From: Candidatus Moraniibacteriota bacterium
GTDB lineage: Bacteria; Patescibacteriota; Minisyncoccia; Moranbacterales; UBA1568
Direction of reading: 5' to 3'
Length of the DNA stretch: 64,000 nt
Assembly: GCA_013334245.1 (NCBI GenBank)
Contig: JAAXXZ010000003.1
Span: 2-64,001, forward strand
This document shows positions 8,411 through 17,552 of the stretch, in pieces. Position 1 is the first letter of the stretch; every line of letters begins with the position of its first letter. The notes beneath the pieces were generated by a model. It was not told the DNA's origin. It saw only the letters and a program-made list of their open reading frames with translations, and made no database searches. A program made the translations under genes and the position numbers.

Positions 8411-9475
8411 ATGGCATTCGCACCAGTTCCAAGAGAGTCAAAAGAACAGATAAATAAGGCTGGAGCATCTCTTGTGAGTAATCCCAATGATAAAGTGGCG
8501 CTTGACTTAGCAAATAGATGGAGGGCATGTCACGCTTATCCTATCAACACTTTTAATGCAACATTAAGAATTAAATCTAAGGCTTTTAATGAATCAGTGA
8601 TTGTTGCGCAACGTTTGAAGCGCATGCCAACGATTGTTGACAAATTGAAAAGATATCCATCCATGAAACTTGCCCGGATGCAAGATATCGGCGGATTGAG
8701 AGCTGTTTTGACTTCAACAAAGTGCGTGTATGAATTGGCGTCATCATACAAAGATACTCGATTTAGGCATGAACTTGTAAACGAAAAGGATTATATTAAA
8801 GAACCGCGAGATGAAGATGGATATAGAAGTATACATTTGATTTTTAAATATAAGGGAGCAAATAGTATTGCTAACAAGTACGATGGACTATTATTGGAAC
8901 TACAGATTCGAACTAAGTTACAACATATTTGGGCGACTGCAGTCGAAACCATGGGAACCTTTCTTGGCCAGGCTTTAAAAGCACGTCTTGGCGATAAAGA
9001 GTGGCAAGATTTTTTTGCTCTTGTATCGTCAGCGTTTGCTATTTCTGAAAGAATGCCCGTTCTTCCACGGCATCGGGAGTTGTCTAAAGAAGATATATAC
9101 AGAGCAATTCAAAAGGCTAATGAGGAACTCGGCGTGTTGGAAAGAATAAAGGGATATGCAGTAGCTGTTGAGGTTATTAGCAATAGACCAGACTCTTCAA
9201 GGAGAGGACATTCATATCATCTGGTGGTTCTGAATTCGGATGCAAGGAGCGTGCAAGTTAAGTCATATAAAAAGGGAGCTGTAAAACAAGCACTGGAGGA
9301 TTATTCTAATATCGAAAATCGAGCTTTAAATGGAGAAAAGATTGAAGCGGTTTTGGTTTCTGCTGGCGGGCCGCTAGCAGTGCTTCGACAAGCTTACCCA
9401 AACTTCTTCCTAGATATTAAAGATTTCGTCGGAAAAATCGAGGATATTGTTAGAAAGGCAAAAAACTTAAAATAA
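8411..9475 (+). CDS. RelA/SpoT-domain nucleotidyltransferase (small alarmone synthetase-like, toxSAS/CapRel-like) with about 150-aa C-terminal extension
   Basis: 354 aa. Synthetase-domain motifs RMQDIGGLRAV (D-x-G-x-R), DGYRSIHLIF (GY-S-H) and ELQIRTKLQHIWA (E-QIRT). The gene sits in an AT-rich island (about 8395-9650) immediately after the dnaK terminator. Confidence 0.8.
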   Translation: MAFAPVPRESKEQINKAGASLVSNPNDKVALDLANRWRACHAYPINTFNATLRIKSKAFNESVIVAQRLKRMPTIVDKLKRYPSMKLARMQDIGGLRAVLTSTKCVYELASSYKDTRFRHELVNEKDYIKEPRDEDGYRSIHLIFKYKGANSIANKYDGLLLELQIRTKLQHIWATAVETMGTFLGQALKARLGDKEWQDFFALVSSAFAISERMPVLPRHRELSKEDIYRAIQKANEELGVLERIKGYAVAVEVISNRPDSSRRGHSYHLVVLNSDARSVQVKSYKKGAVKQALEDYSNIENRALNGEKIEAVLVSAGGPLAVLRQAYPNFFLDIKDFVGKIEDIVRKAKNLK

Positions 9476-9483
9476 AGAAGTGG

Positions 9484-9606
9484 GTCAGGTAGCTTTTTCA
9501 AAATACTACATATAGAATCTTACCGATACGAATGAAACGAGGTAGGGGAACGCGCTTGATGTTATTCTTTCTAGGCTGAAGAACGACCGCGACAAGGGAT
9601 ATGTTT
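9484..9606 (+). repeat. repeat family 4, copy 1: conserved about 120-bp element at the 3-prime end of an AT-rich cassette
   Basis: gtcaggtagctttttcaaaatactacatatagaatcttaccgatacgaatgaaacgaggtaggggaacgcgcttgatgttattctttctaggctgaagaacgaccgcgacaagggatatg. About 88% identical to 16707-16828. Confidence 0.8.
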
Positions 9607-9651
9607 TTTTGAGATTTTGCATACAATCGGCTTAGGTCGTAAGATGAACGC

Positions 9652-10458
9652 ATGGATATTCAGACCGTCTTCGATAAGGGTATAAAGCCAGTGAACGAGG
9701 ATTCGCTCTTGGTAGCGGATCCGATTTTTGGCGTGTTCGACGGCGTTTCCGTACTGGAACCTGGGGCGCCGCGAGAGGACGGGCTGACCGGAGCGGCTAT
9801 CGCTTCAAGAATCGCGAAGAATGTCTTCTCATCTAGGGATGGTGCCCTGGTCGAGTCGGCTCTTCAAGCGAATGACGCTATCCGAAAGGCGATGGAGGAG
9901 AATGGCATTGATTGGAAAAGAAAGACGGCACAATGGGCGACGACGGCGTCGGTTATCCGTATCGGGAACGGTTCGTTCGACTGGCTCCATATCGGGGACA
10001 GCGTCGTGATGGTGGTTATGAATGACGGATCCTGCAGGGTTCTTGGAAGCGGGCATGGGCAGGACCGGGAAATCTTGATCGAATGGAAAAAGCTTGCCGA
10101 TCAGGGGATTGAGAATATACGTGAGGCACTGTCGGACTCGATGTCCGCGGCGCGCAACGGTGAAGCTAATTATGGTGACCTGGACGGCGATCCTAATATA
10201 GAACGCTATCTGGAACATGGGACGGAGTCACTTGAAAATGTGCGTCACATTCTTCTCTTTACGGACGGACTCGTGATGCCGAAAGAAGATCCCGCATCAG
10301 ACGACGATTTACATCGCTTCGTCGATATGTTCGAGAAGGATACATTGGAAGGACTTCGTGACCATGTACGAACTCTCGAAGATGCCGATCCGAAATGCTG
10401 GAAGTACCCCCGATTCAAACAGCACGACGACATCGCTGCCGTCGCCATATCATTCTAA
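9652..10458 (+). CDS. PP2C-family (PPM) serine/threonine protein phosphatase
   Basis: 268 aa with FGVFDGVS, LHIGDSVV, LLFTDGLV and C-terminal DDIAAVAI, the conserved PPM metal-binding Asp motifs. Confidence 0.75.
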   Translation: MDIQTVFDKGIKPVNEDSLLVADPIFGVFDGVSVLEPGAPREDGLTGAAIASRIAKNVFSSRDGALVESALQANDAIRKAMEENGIDWKRKTAQWATTASVIRIGNGSFDWLHIGDSVVMVVMNDGSCRVLGSGHGQDREILIEWKKLADQGIENIREALSDSMSAARNGEANYGDLDGDPNIERYLEHGTESLENVRHILLFTDGLVMPKEDPASDDDLHRFVDMFEKDTLEGLRDHVRTLEDADPKCWKYPRFKQHDDIAAVAISF

Positions 10459-10589
10459 TCGGAAGGACCGCGCTAAAACTCGAATCGGATTTTTGGGAAA
10501 AAACAGGCCTCAACAATGTTCCTGACCCCTCTTCGGGACAGAATGGGGTTGTATACAATTATTTGCATAATTGATAATCTGAAGACAAT

Positions 10590-10988
10590 ATGAAACAACA
10601 AATCAATCCGGAAAATTTTACCGAGATCATGGGAGCGTATTCTCACGGTCTCCGAGTTGATATCGGGGATTCGGAAATGATTTTCGTTACCGGTCAGATC
10701 GCGATGGATAAACATGGCAATCCGGTTGCGCCCGACGATATCGTCAAGCAGACGGAGTTCGTGTTTCAGAATATCGTCAGGATATTGGAAGCGGGCGGTT
10801 CTTCCATCGATGACGTGGTCAAGGCCGTGATATATGTCACGAACATCTCCGACTTCAAGGAAATATCTACCGTGCGAAATAGGTATTTTGCGAACTGCAA
10901 GCCGGTCAGCACGCTAGTCGAGATCAATAAGACCGTGAAGGAAGGCTGTGATATTGAAGTGGAAGTGATAGCAATACGAAAAAAATAA
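10590..10988 (+). CDS. ridA: RidA/YjgF family reactive-intermediate deaminase
   Basis: 132 aa with IFVTGQIAMD, QTEFVFQNIVRILEAGGSSIDDVVKAVIYVT and CDIEVEVIAI, the chorismate-mutase-like RidA fold signature. Confidence 0.85.
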   Translation: MKQQINPENFTEIMGAYSHGLRVDIGDSEMIFVTGQIAMDKHGNPVAPDDIVKQTEFVFQNIVRILEAGGSSIDDVVKAVIYVTNISDFKEISTVRNRYFANCKPVSTLVEINKTVKEGCDIEVEVIAIRKK

Positions 10989-11048
10989 ACCCAGCCTGAA
11001 AAAGGTCAGGCATCTTTTCAAGAAGTAACGGCATAAAATCGAACTGAT

Positions 11049-12146
11049 ATGGATGAACCGAAGAAGGGGAATGCACTTGATAGCTTTCTTGCAGGACTGC
11101 GGAACGATATCACGACGAGGGATATGTCTGTCGCGACGGTTTTGAAGTGGGTGGTATTGCTTGTGGTGGCGTATGTCGTCTTGCCGCTTACAATCGTGGC
11201 GGCGCTGTGGTATATCTGGGCCAAGACATCGTGGTCGAAGTCGAAGCGGATACTGGCGACGTTGGCCGTCATTGTGGTCGCGATATGGATTGTTTCTCTT
11301 GGTGCCAACCGAAAGGCGGATGTGCCGGATACGGCGGGATCGCAGCAGCCGGCCACACAGACGCAATCAAATGTGGAGGCTCCGCAGGTTCAGGTTCCCG
11401 TAGTACAGGAAGAGGAAAAAGTGACGGAGCCCGTTTCGGAGGCTGATGACCTGTATAAGGTCGTTGGCGTGACGGACGGGGATACGATCAAGGTGGATAT
11501 CGGGGGGAATATCGAGACGATCAGACTCATCGGCATGGATACGCCGGAAACGGTGGACCCGCGCAAGCCGGTGCAGTGCTTCGGTAAGGAATCGTCCGAC
11601 AAGGCGCGCGAGATGCTCGGCGGGAAGAAGGTCCGTCTGGAAGCGGATCCGACCCAGGGCGAGCGGGACACGTACAATCGTCTGCTTCGATACGTCTATT
11701 TCGAGGACGGCACATCGTTCGACAAGTGGATGATCGCGGAAGGGTATGCCCACGAGTATACCTATCAGAGCAAGCCGTATAAATACCAGGCTGAATATCA
11801 GGCCGCCGAGAAGTCGGCACGCGAGGGGAAAAAAGGCCTGTGGGCCGACGATACCTGCAAAGGGGTTACGGTAACGGCTGCGGTGACCGCCGCCACGACA
11901 GCTGTCGTTGGGAATGCGCTTACCGCCGACACGTCAAAAACAACGTCCTCGGTATCGAATGGTTCCACGACCACGACTCCATCTGCCGGTTCAACGACAT
12001 CGACTTCCGGTGGTGTGGTCAAGAAAAGCTCGACCGGCATATGCCACGCTCCCGGAACGACCTACTACAACCAGACCAAAAGCTTCATAGCTTTCGACAC
12101 CCTCGACGCCTGCCTTGCGAGCGGGGGGCGGCTTCCGAAGAGATAA
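11049..12146 (+). CDS. membrane-anchored thermonuclease (SNase / micrococcal nuclease homologue) with Ser/Thr-rich linker and C-terminal Cys-containing domain
   Basis: 365 aa. N-terminal TM helix, then VTDGDTIKV...IRLIGMDTPE...CFGKES...YNRLLRYVY...WMIAEGYA (SNase OB-fold catalytic motifs). C-terminal TAAVTAATTAVV/STTTT tract and ICHAPGTTYY...LDACLASGGRLPK. Confidence 0.85.
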   Translation: MDEPKKGNALDSFLAGLRNDITTRDMSVATVLKWVVLLVVAYVVLPLTIVAALWYIWAKTSWSKSKRILATLAVIVVAIWIVSLGANRKADVPDTAGSQQPATQTQSNVEAPQVQVPVVQEEEKVTEPVSEADDLYKVVGVTDGDTIKVDIGGNIETIRLIGMDTPETVDPRKPVQCFGKESSDKAREMLGGKKVRLEADPTQGERDTYNRLLRYVYFEDGTSFDKWMIAEGYAHEYTYQSKPYKYQAEYQAAEKSAREGKKGLWADDTCKGVTVTAAVTAATTAVVGNALTADTSKTTSSVSNGSTTTTPSAGSTTSTSGGVVKKSSTGICHAPGTTYYNQTKSFIAFDTLDACLASGGRLPKR

Positions 12147-12299
12147 ACATATAAATATAGAGTCGCAAAAAAGGACCCGGTACGTTTTTGACTCTCAATG
12201 ATATGATGATCGAGTGAGCACTTCGTAGTCAATTCGAAACGTTGCACGTATATTGTCGTATGCGGAAATGCGTGATGGTCAATTTTTTTAGTCAAAGAT

Positions 12300-12851
12300 A
12301 TGAATATCTACATTTACGGTGTTCCGGGATCCGGGAAGACGACGCTTTCCAAGTTGCTGGGAGAGTCCTTGGGCAGGGCTTGTTATGAGGCTGATACGGT
12401 ACGCGCAGCAGCGCAGGCTGGAAAGACCTCCGACTCCGACCCATTCTATTTCCTGCCGACGACAGAAGCGTATAAGGCAATCGGAGAACGAACACCGGAA
12501 AACGTCATAAACGGACTGCTGGAAGTTCGAAGGGCGCTCGGCGATTTTGTGGAGCGTGAAGTATCTTTGCGGGAAGATGCAATCATTGAGGCTTCGTTTC
12601 TTGACCCGGTCAGGTTGATGTCGAGTGGCCGGATGTTATTATTGACCATCCCGTCCGAAAGCTTACATCGTGAACGGTTTTTGGTTCATCGCACCGAGAA
12701 GTCCTTCTTGCATGGTCAGTTTGAGAATGCGAGAATCATACAGGAATTTCTTATTGCGGAAGCTGATCGTCTCGCTATCGATGTCGTCGAAAATACGGGT
12801 GATTTGAATGACTTGATGGAGCGCACGCTAAAGTTATTATTCCGGCAATAA
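12300..12851 (+). CDS. P-loop NTPase, putative small nucleotide/nucleoside kinase
   Basis: 183 aa. The N-terminus is IYIYGVPGSGKTTLSKLL (Walker A). Size and layout resemble adenylate-kinase/AAA_33-type kinases. Specificity unknown. Confidence 0.6.
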   Translation: MNIYIYGVPGSGKTTLSKLLGESLGRACYEADTVRAAAQAGKTSDSDPFYFLPTTEAYKAIGERTPENVINGLLEVRRALGDFVEREVSLREDAIIEASFLDPVRLMSSGRMLLLTIPSESLHRERFLVHRTEKSFLHGQFENARIIQEFLIAEADRLAIDVVENTGDLNDLMERTLKLLFRQ

Positions 12852-13053
12852 AATAAGTACCATTTTTGAGAGTAAACTGATAAATCATCTCAAAAAGTGC
12901 AAATCGCGAGGCAACCTTCGGAGAAAAATGAGTGGATCATGCGAACGGTTTCCGCTCTCGACCTCGAATCGACCTTTAGGAAGAGGGGAAGACCCAAAAA
13001 AGGTACCTTACCTGCCCTGTAGAAATCATCTCTGCGTTTCAATTTTTCCGAAC

Positions 13054-13137
13054 CGTCATCCCGGGCTTGACCCGGGATCCAAGGCATAGATTTCAGCTCT
13101 TGCCCGGCGCATGCTCGGGCGGAGGCCGGAATGACAA
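13054..13137 (+). repeat. repeat family 2, copy 1 (MITE-like, imperfect terminal inverted repeats gtcatcccgg / ccggaatgac)
   Basis: gtcatcccgggcttgacccgggatcc...gcccggcgcatgctcgggcggaggccggaatgaca. Related copy at 21588-21696. Confidence 0.6.
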
Positions 13138-13196
13138 TCCCAGGACGGCACTTTTCTACGGAGCATACGAGACCACTTTTCTGGCTGGATGAGCGG

Positions 13197-14291
13197 TCAG
13201 GGAACCCGTTTCCGTCGCCAGACCTTGTGCGGATCGGCGACGAATTTTTCGGAATCGTTGGGTCCGTCTTCGAGTTCGTAGACGCGGAAGGAGTCCGGAT
13301 TCCTCTTTTTGACCAGCGATTCCCCGGCCTTCATCACGTTTTTGCTCCGTTCACGCTGCAATAGATTTTGTTCGATGAATTTGATGTGGGCGGTCCCGTA
13401 GATGAGCGTAATCTTCTTGTAGCCGGCATCGGCAAGGCGGTGAAGTGCGTCCGCGATATGTGCGTCCCTCAGGGCGTTCCATCGCATCTCCTCCGAAATC
13501 GATTCCGGAGTCGGTCCGTCGTCCGTCCGTTCGGAACGTTTGGGCGTTTCCGTCAGCTTCGGGGTGACACCGAATATGAGTCCGGCACCGGCAAGAAGGC
13601 CGAGGCGGAGAAAATTCCGCCGAGACATGTTCGATGCGGCTTCCGTCTTCTTTCCCATGCCGAGGGCGGTAGCTCCTGCTGCCGCGGCTGCGCCGTAAAG
13701 TCCGAGCCGTTTCAGTTTGGCGGACTCGGCGGCGTCCTCTTCGACGGCCTGCTGGTCCATCTCGCTTTCTTTCAGATATTCCTCTGGATCCATTGAATAA
13801 TTCAGGTCGGCACAGGCGAGATCCTTGCCGTATTTGGCGGCCAGCAGCTCGAGCTCATGATGAAAGATGCCGATGTTCCATTCCCGTTCGTGGCCGATGG
13901 CGGTCTGCCGGACCTGTTCGAGATTGTATGCGGGATTGGACGGAGACGGAATGGCTGAGAGGTGCGACGCCGTATCTCGATCGTACATTCCTTGGGCCTC
14001 GGGCGCGTATTCGACGACGACGATATCGCTTTCGCGAATCGCGGATTCGATCTCGCTTCGGAATTCCAGGAACGTTTCGGGAACGTGCATCGTTCCGATG
14101 GCGTTGATGTCGGATGCCCCGATCTTCCAATGCCGCGTCTCCATGTTCGAGCGGATCTGTTCCGATGGGAATTTCCGTTTTGACTCCGACTCACGATCAA
14201 ATTCGCGCGAATGGCCGGTGACGCGCTCGGATGTCGTGGGGATATGCTCGATGCTCGGGAAAGGGAATCGTTCCATAGTCACAGTATACAC
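13197..14291 (-). CDS. TraB/GumN/Tiki-family protein with internal Ala/Gly-rich hydrophobic insertion
   Basis: 364 aa. An N-proximal IGTMHV and DIVVVEYAPE, then LIYGTAHIKF near the C-terminus, match the two GT-H / G-AH motifs of the TraB/PrgY/Tiki fold. Between them lies LGLYGAAAAAGATALG...SRRNFLRLGLLAGAGLIFG, a Tat-signal-like motif but internal. The start codon is uncertain. Confidence 0.45.
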   Translation of the reverse strand: MYTVTMERFPFPSIEHIPTTSERVTGHSREFDRESESKRKFPSEQIRSNMETRHWKIGASDINAIGTMHVPETFLEFRSEIESAIRESDIVVVEYAPEAQGMYDRDTASHLSAIPSPSNPAYNLEQVRQTAIGHEREWNIGIFHHELELLAAKYGKDLACADLNYSMDPEEYLKESEMDQQAVEEDAAESAKLKRLGLYGAAAAAGATALGMGKKTEAASNMSRRNFLRLGLLAGAGLIFGVTPKLTETPKRSERTDDGPTPESISEEMRWNALRDAHIADALHRLADAGYKKITLIYGTAHIKFIEQNLLQRERSKNVMKAGESLVKKRNPDSFRVYELEDGPNDSEKFVADPHKVWRRKRVP

Positions 14292-14432
14292 CGGTATGGG
14301 AACGTTTTCAGCCTTCCGAGGGCATCCCCGGCGATCGGGCGACGGCCTAACGTGATGCGTCGAATGACTGGCGGCGATATTGGTGCGTATATGACAAAGC
14401 CTCGAACATTGCGGTCGAGGCTGTATTGTCTC

Positions 14433-14876
14433 TTAAGCGGATACATTGTTGCGGGCAGGAAAGACGGCGCGGTTCAGTGCTTCCAGCACGTTTCCGATGC
14501 TCTCGATCAGCAGGCAGGTAAACGAGCCCGTTGCGGCGACTGAGAGGTCGAACCACGGAAAACGGCTTTCCGAAAGGACGGTCACGTCCCGACACGCGCT
14601 TCCGTATGAGTATCGGAAGATGCCACCGAGACGAGCGTCGGGAGCCGACGCGCCGGTTATGCTTCCGTACGCCCAGCCGTTCGGTTTCACGTGCACCGTC
14701 GCTTTCGCGGAATAGTCGTTCCGGTCGTGGTATGAAGCATGAAACGTGATACCGTCGCAGGTGCGAAGCGATATCGCCTTACGGTCGATTCCGGCATATC
14801 CGTGAAACTGCGATGAGAGCAGTTTTTCGAAGTTTGCCCGTGCGCGCGGCCAGTTATTCGGATCGATATGGATCAT
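14433..14876 (-). CDS. hypothetical protein
   Basis: ORF with ATG at 14876 (MIHIDPNNW...). The upstream M of the track ORF is TTG-encoded. No recognised domain. Confidence 0.4.
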   Translation of the reverse strand: MIHIDPNNWPRARANFEKLLSSQFHGYAGIDRKAISLRTCDGITFHASYHDRNDYSAKATVHVKPNGWAYGSITGASAPDARLGGIFRYSYGSACRDVTVLSESRFPWFDLSVAATGSFTCLLIESIGNVLEALNRAVFPARNNVSA

Positions 14877-15216
14877 GGTGGTCTTGGGTTGCGGTTTTTG
14901 AGGAACGAGTGCCGGGTACAAGCTAACAGTATCGCCTCTTTCGTGTCAATGCCACGGTTTCGCGCTCCGAATGTCCGATCGGAACCAACCAGAAGGCATG
15001 AGACCAAGGAAAACGTCCTTTCGGTTCAATACCGGGATTCGGATAACGGGCCCTCGCGTCATCTGCCCTCGACTCGCGCCAGAATGCGCCATGACGGGAA
15101 GGGACGCGGTATTCAGGTTCGGTTCTTGTGTATTCGCTGCAAAATGCTATGATTTCAGCGTAAATGTGATGGTCATAACCAGTACTGCCATTTCCAAAAC
15201 ACGTTCCCGATGAGTC

Positions 15217-15350
15217 CGTCTTTGCGAGGACGTATTCGTCCGTGGCAATCCAGGGCTCAAGAATCGGGCATGGACCGCCACGGCCCGCCCTTTGCGAAGG
15301 GCAGGACTCGCGGAGACGGATGGAACGGATCCATGGAAATGGTATAAGAG
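15217..15350 (+). repeat. repeat family 3, copy 1 (candidate structured element: GTCTTTGCGAG ... GGCAATCCA ... CTGGACCGCCACG-hairpin-GACTCGCGGAGAC ... GAAATGGTAT)
   Basis: The central hairpin is gcccgccctttgcgaagggcaggac. The copies at 21378-21512 and 30345-30470 have different hairpin sequences with complementarity preserved. Confidence 0.6.
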
Positions 15351-15356
15351 AAGCAT

Positions 15357-16064
15357 ATGCAAACGGCAAATGTGGAGCTCATGCGGTCAGCTCGGGAGTC
15401 ATTGAAGGGAAAGTGGGGATTGGCTATCGGGGTCACTATCGTCTATTGCATCATCACCGGGGGCCTGCAAAGCATCAAGCAGGTCGGCCCGCTCGTAGCT
15501 ATGCTTGTGTCCGGTCCGCTCGCCGGGGGAATGGCGATATTCACATTGGCACTCGTACGGAATCAGGAGGCGAAGTTCGAGCAGCTCTTTGACGGCTTCA
15601 AATCGTTCGCGACGTATTTCGTCGCCTATCTCCTGATGCTCGTCTTCATACTTCTCTGGTCGCTTCTGCTTATCGTCCCGGGAATCATCGCGGCGATTTC
15701 GTATTCGATGACCTATTTCATCATCGCGGACAATCCGACGGTTTCGCCTTCCGACGCGCTCAAGCGGAGCAAAGAAATGATGCAGGGCAACAAGGGGAAG
15801 TTCTTCGGTCTCCAGTTACGATTCCTTGGTTGGGCGATCCTGTGCGTTTTGACCGCGGGTATCGGTTTTATCTGGCTTATCCCGTATATTCAGGTCAGCG
15901 TCGCCAAGTTCTATGAGGATTTGAAAGGAACCACCGCCGCGCCAAGTGCCCCAGCTGAGCCGGTCGCCGCGTCGCCGACGGCACCCGTATCTGATGCGCC
16001 GGTAACACAAGTGAAGGACGCCAAAGTGGACGACGGTACTCCGGTGAGTGAGGAAAAGAAGTAA
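15357..16064 (+). CDS. integral membrane protein, DUF975-like
   Basis: 235 aa. N-terminal MRSARESLKGKWGLAIGVTIVY followed by several TM segments matches the DUF975 pattern from memory. C-terminal Ala/Pro-rich tail ending EEKK. Confidence 0.65.
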   Translation: MQTANVELMRSARESLKGKWGLAIGVTIVYCIITGGLQSIKQVGPLVAMLVSGPLAGGMAIFTLALVRNQEAKFEQLFDGFKSFATYFVAYLLMLVFILLWSLLLIVPGIIAAISYSMTYFIIADNPTVSPSDALKRSKEMMQGNKGKFFGLQLRFLGWAILCVLTAGIGFIWLIPYIQVSVAKFYEDLKGTTAAPSAPAEPVAASPTAPVSDAPVTQVKDAKVDDGTPVSEEKK

Positions 16065-16072
16065 GGAACGAA

Positions 16073-16100
16073 GGGCGGAGGGATTTACCCTCCGCCTTTG
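16073..16100 (+). terminator. intrinsic terminator after the DUF975 gene
   Basis: Stem ggcggaggg/ccctccgcc (16074-16082/16088-16096), loop attta, then tttg. Confidence 0.6.
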
Positions 16101-16176
16101 CTAATCGGGAACAAGAGCCAGAAAAATAAATAATATGTAATTATCGTATTGAAGCAGAAATGAATATTTCAAATTT

Positions 16177-16695
16177 ATGGAAAAAAAATTAGCGAAAAAG
16201 GAAACACTCGTAATAAGCGCGTGGATTTGTGCAGGAAAATCATATTTGACGAAGAAATATACGAATATAATTGAGCTACCGAGCGGCGACTACAAGTATA
16301 TTTTGACGGACGAACAAAAGGCCGTTGTGAACAAGGAAAGCCTGAAATCGACAAAAAGGGAAATTAATCCCGCTTGGCCAAGAAATTATTATGATGCGAT
16401 TCTTACAGAAGTAAAAAACGGAAAATATGACATTATTCTTATCGCACCATGTATGCCTTTCTCAGAGATGCGGGACTATGGCATAAAATTCGTATTGGCG
16501 TATCCGGATCCGACGTGCAAGGAAGAGTATATTCAACGGGCAAGAAAGAGAGGTGCGAATGAAGAATTTGTAAAAAGAATCGAGACAAACATTCAGAGCG
16601 ATTTCGAAGATTTCGTAAACCAGCCGAACGAAAAGCTCATCATGCAACCGGGAGAATACTTAGAAGACGCCCTCATCAGAGCCGGTATATTATAG
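16177..16695 (+). CDS. small P-loop protein (putative kinase/NTPase) in an AT-rich cassette
   Basis: 172 aa with Walker-A-like SAWICAGKSY near the N-terminus and hydrophobic-Asp DIILIAP (Walker-B-like). The AT-rich island is about 16105-17100. Function unknown. Confidence 0.5.
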   Translation: MEKKLAKKETLVISAWICAGKSYLTKKYTNIIELPSGDYKYILTDEQKAVVNKESLKSTKREINPAWPRNYYDAILTEVKNGKYDIILIAPCMPFSEMRDYGIKFVLAYPDPTCKEEYIQRARKRGANEEFVKRIETNIQSDFEDFVNQPNEKLIMQPGEYLEDALIRAGIL

Positions 16696-16706
16696 CCGGT
16701 AAAGGT

Positions 16707-16828
16707 GTCAGGTACCTTTTTTCAAAATACTGCATAGAGAATCTCACCGATACGAATGAATCGAAGCGGGGAATGCGCTTGATGTTATTCTTTCCGGCTA
16801 GAAGAACGACCGCGACGAGGGATATGTC
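16707..16828 (+). repeat. repeat family 4, copy 2 (starts with terminator-like hairpin aaaggt-gtcagg-tacctttttt)
   Basis: gtcaggtaccttttttcaaaatactgcatagagaatctcaccgatacgaatgaatcgaagcggggaatgcgcttgatgttattctttccggctagaagaacgaccgcgacgagggatatg, followed by a tandem ccctttcgattgga x2. Confidence 0.8.
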
Positions 16829-17110
16829 CCTTTCGATTGGACCCTTTCGATTGGAAATGCTATCGAAAAAACGTAACATAATAATGCGGTCGTCAGTTGG
16901 TGTTACAATATATGCACCGGGTGACGCGAAGTGACGGCCGTCCGCTCATGTCACCTGAAAAAGAGCAGAGCCAAAAGCCGGATACATTTATTGAACATTT
17001 TTTTACGAAGACTCACGAAAAAATGTCGAAAAAGATTTAATACAAAGCTGCTCGACTCCGCCCTCTGGTCTTTGGGTGAAATCATCAGACCATAACGCTG
17101 TCTATCTATT

Positions 17111-17536
17111 ATGACCGAAGAAACCGGGATGCTTTCCGATTGTTTCTATAGGACGAGTGCCAAGGCTATGATTCTCGATGAAGGGGGGCGGTTCTTGCTC
17201 ATGCTCGAAAAGAAAGGTGTGTGGGAACTTCCTGGAGGAGGCTTGGATTTCGGCGAGAGTCCGCAGCAGTGTCTTGCCCGTGAGATACAAGAAGAAATGG
17301 GGCTCGAGGTGGTCCACATCGCCGAGAGGCCGAAGTATTTTCTGACGGCCCCGCGGAGGGACGGCCAAGGCTGGATCGCGAACATCATCTACGAGGTACG
17401 GGTCGCGAATCTGGATTTCGTACCGTCGGACGAATGCGTGGAAATTCGGTTTTTCACGGCGGTAGAGGCGTCGAAGGAGAACCTCCTCCCGCACGTGAGG
17501 GAGTTCGTGAAACTGTTTAATCCGACGCGGGAGTGA
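17111..17536 (+). CDS. Nudix hydrolase
   Basis: 141 aa. The Nudix box is GGGLDFGESPQQCLAREIQEEMGLEV. Confidence 0.85.
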   Translation: MTEETGMLSDCFYRTSAKAMILDEGGRFLLMLEKKGVWELPGGGLDFGESPQQCLAREIQEEMGLEVVHIAERPKYFLTAPRRDGQGWIANIIYEVRVANLDFVPSDECVEIRFFTAVEASKENLLPHVREFVKLFNPTRE

Positions 17537-17552
17537 TAATCTGCTATTTACT

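Noticed and set aside
9484-9606. Interpretation of repeat family 4 as a classical integron attC site
   Set aside because: No integron integrase or attI in the window and only two copies are visible. Kept as a generic cassette-associated element rather than called attC.
13197-14291. Possibility that the Tat-like SRRNFLRLGLLAGAG segment marks the true N-terminus of a shorter exported protein
   Set aside because: The upstream half contains the first TraB/Tiki motif (IGTMHV) in the same frame, so a single long protein is more parsimonious. Left as uncertain.
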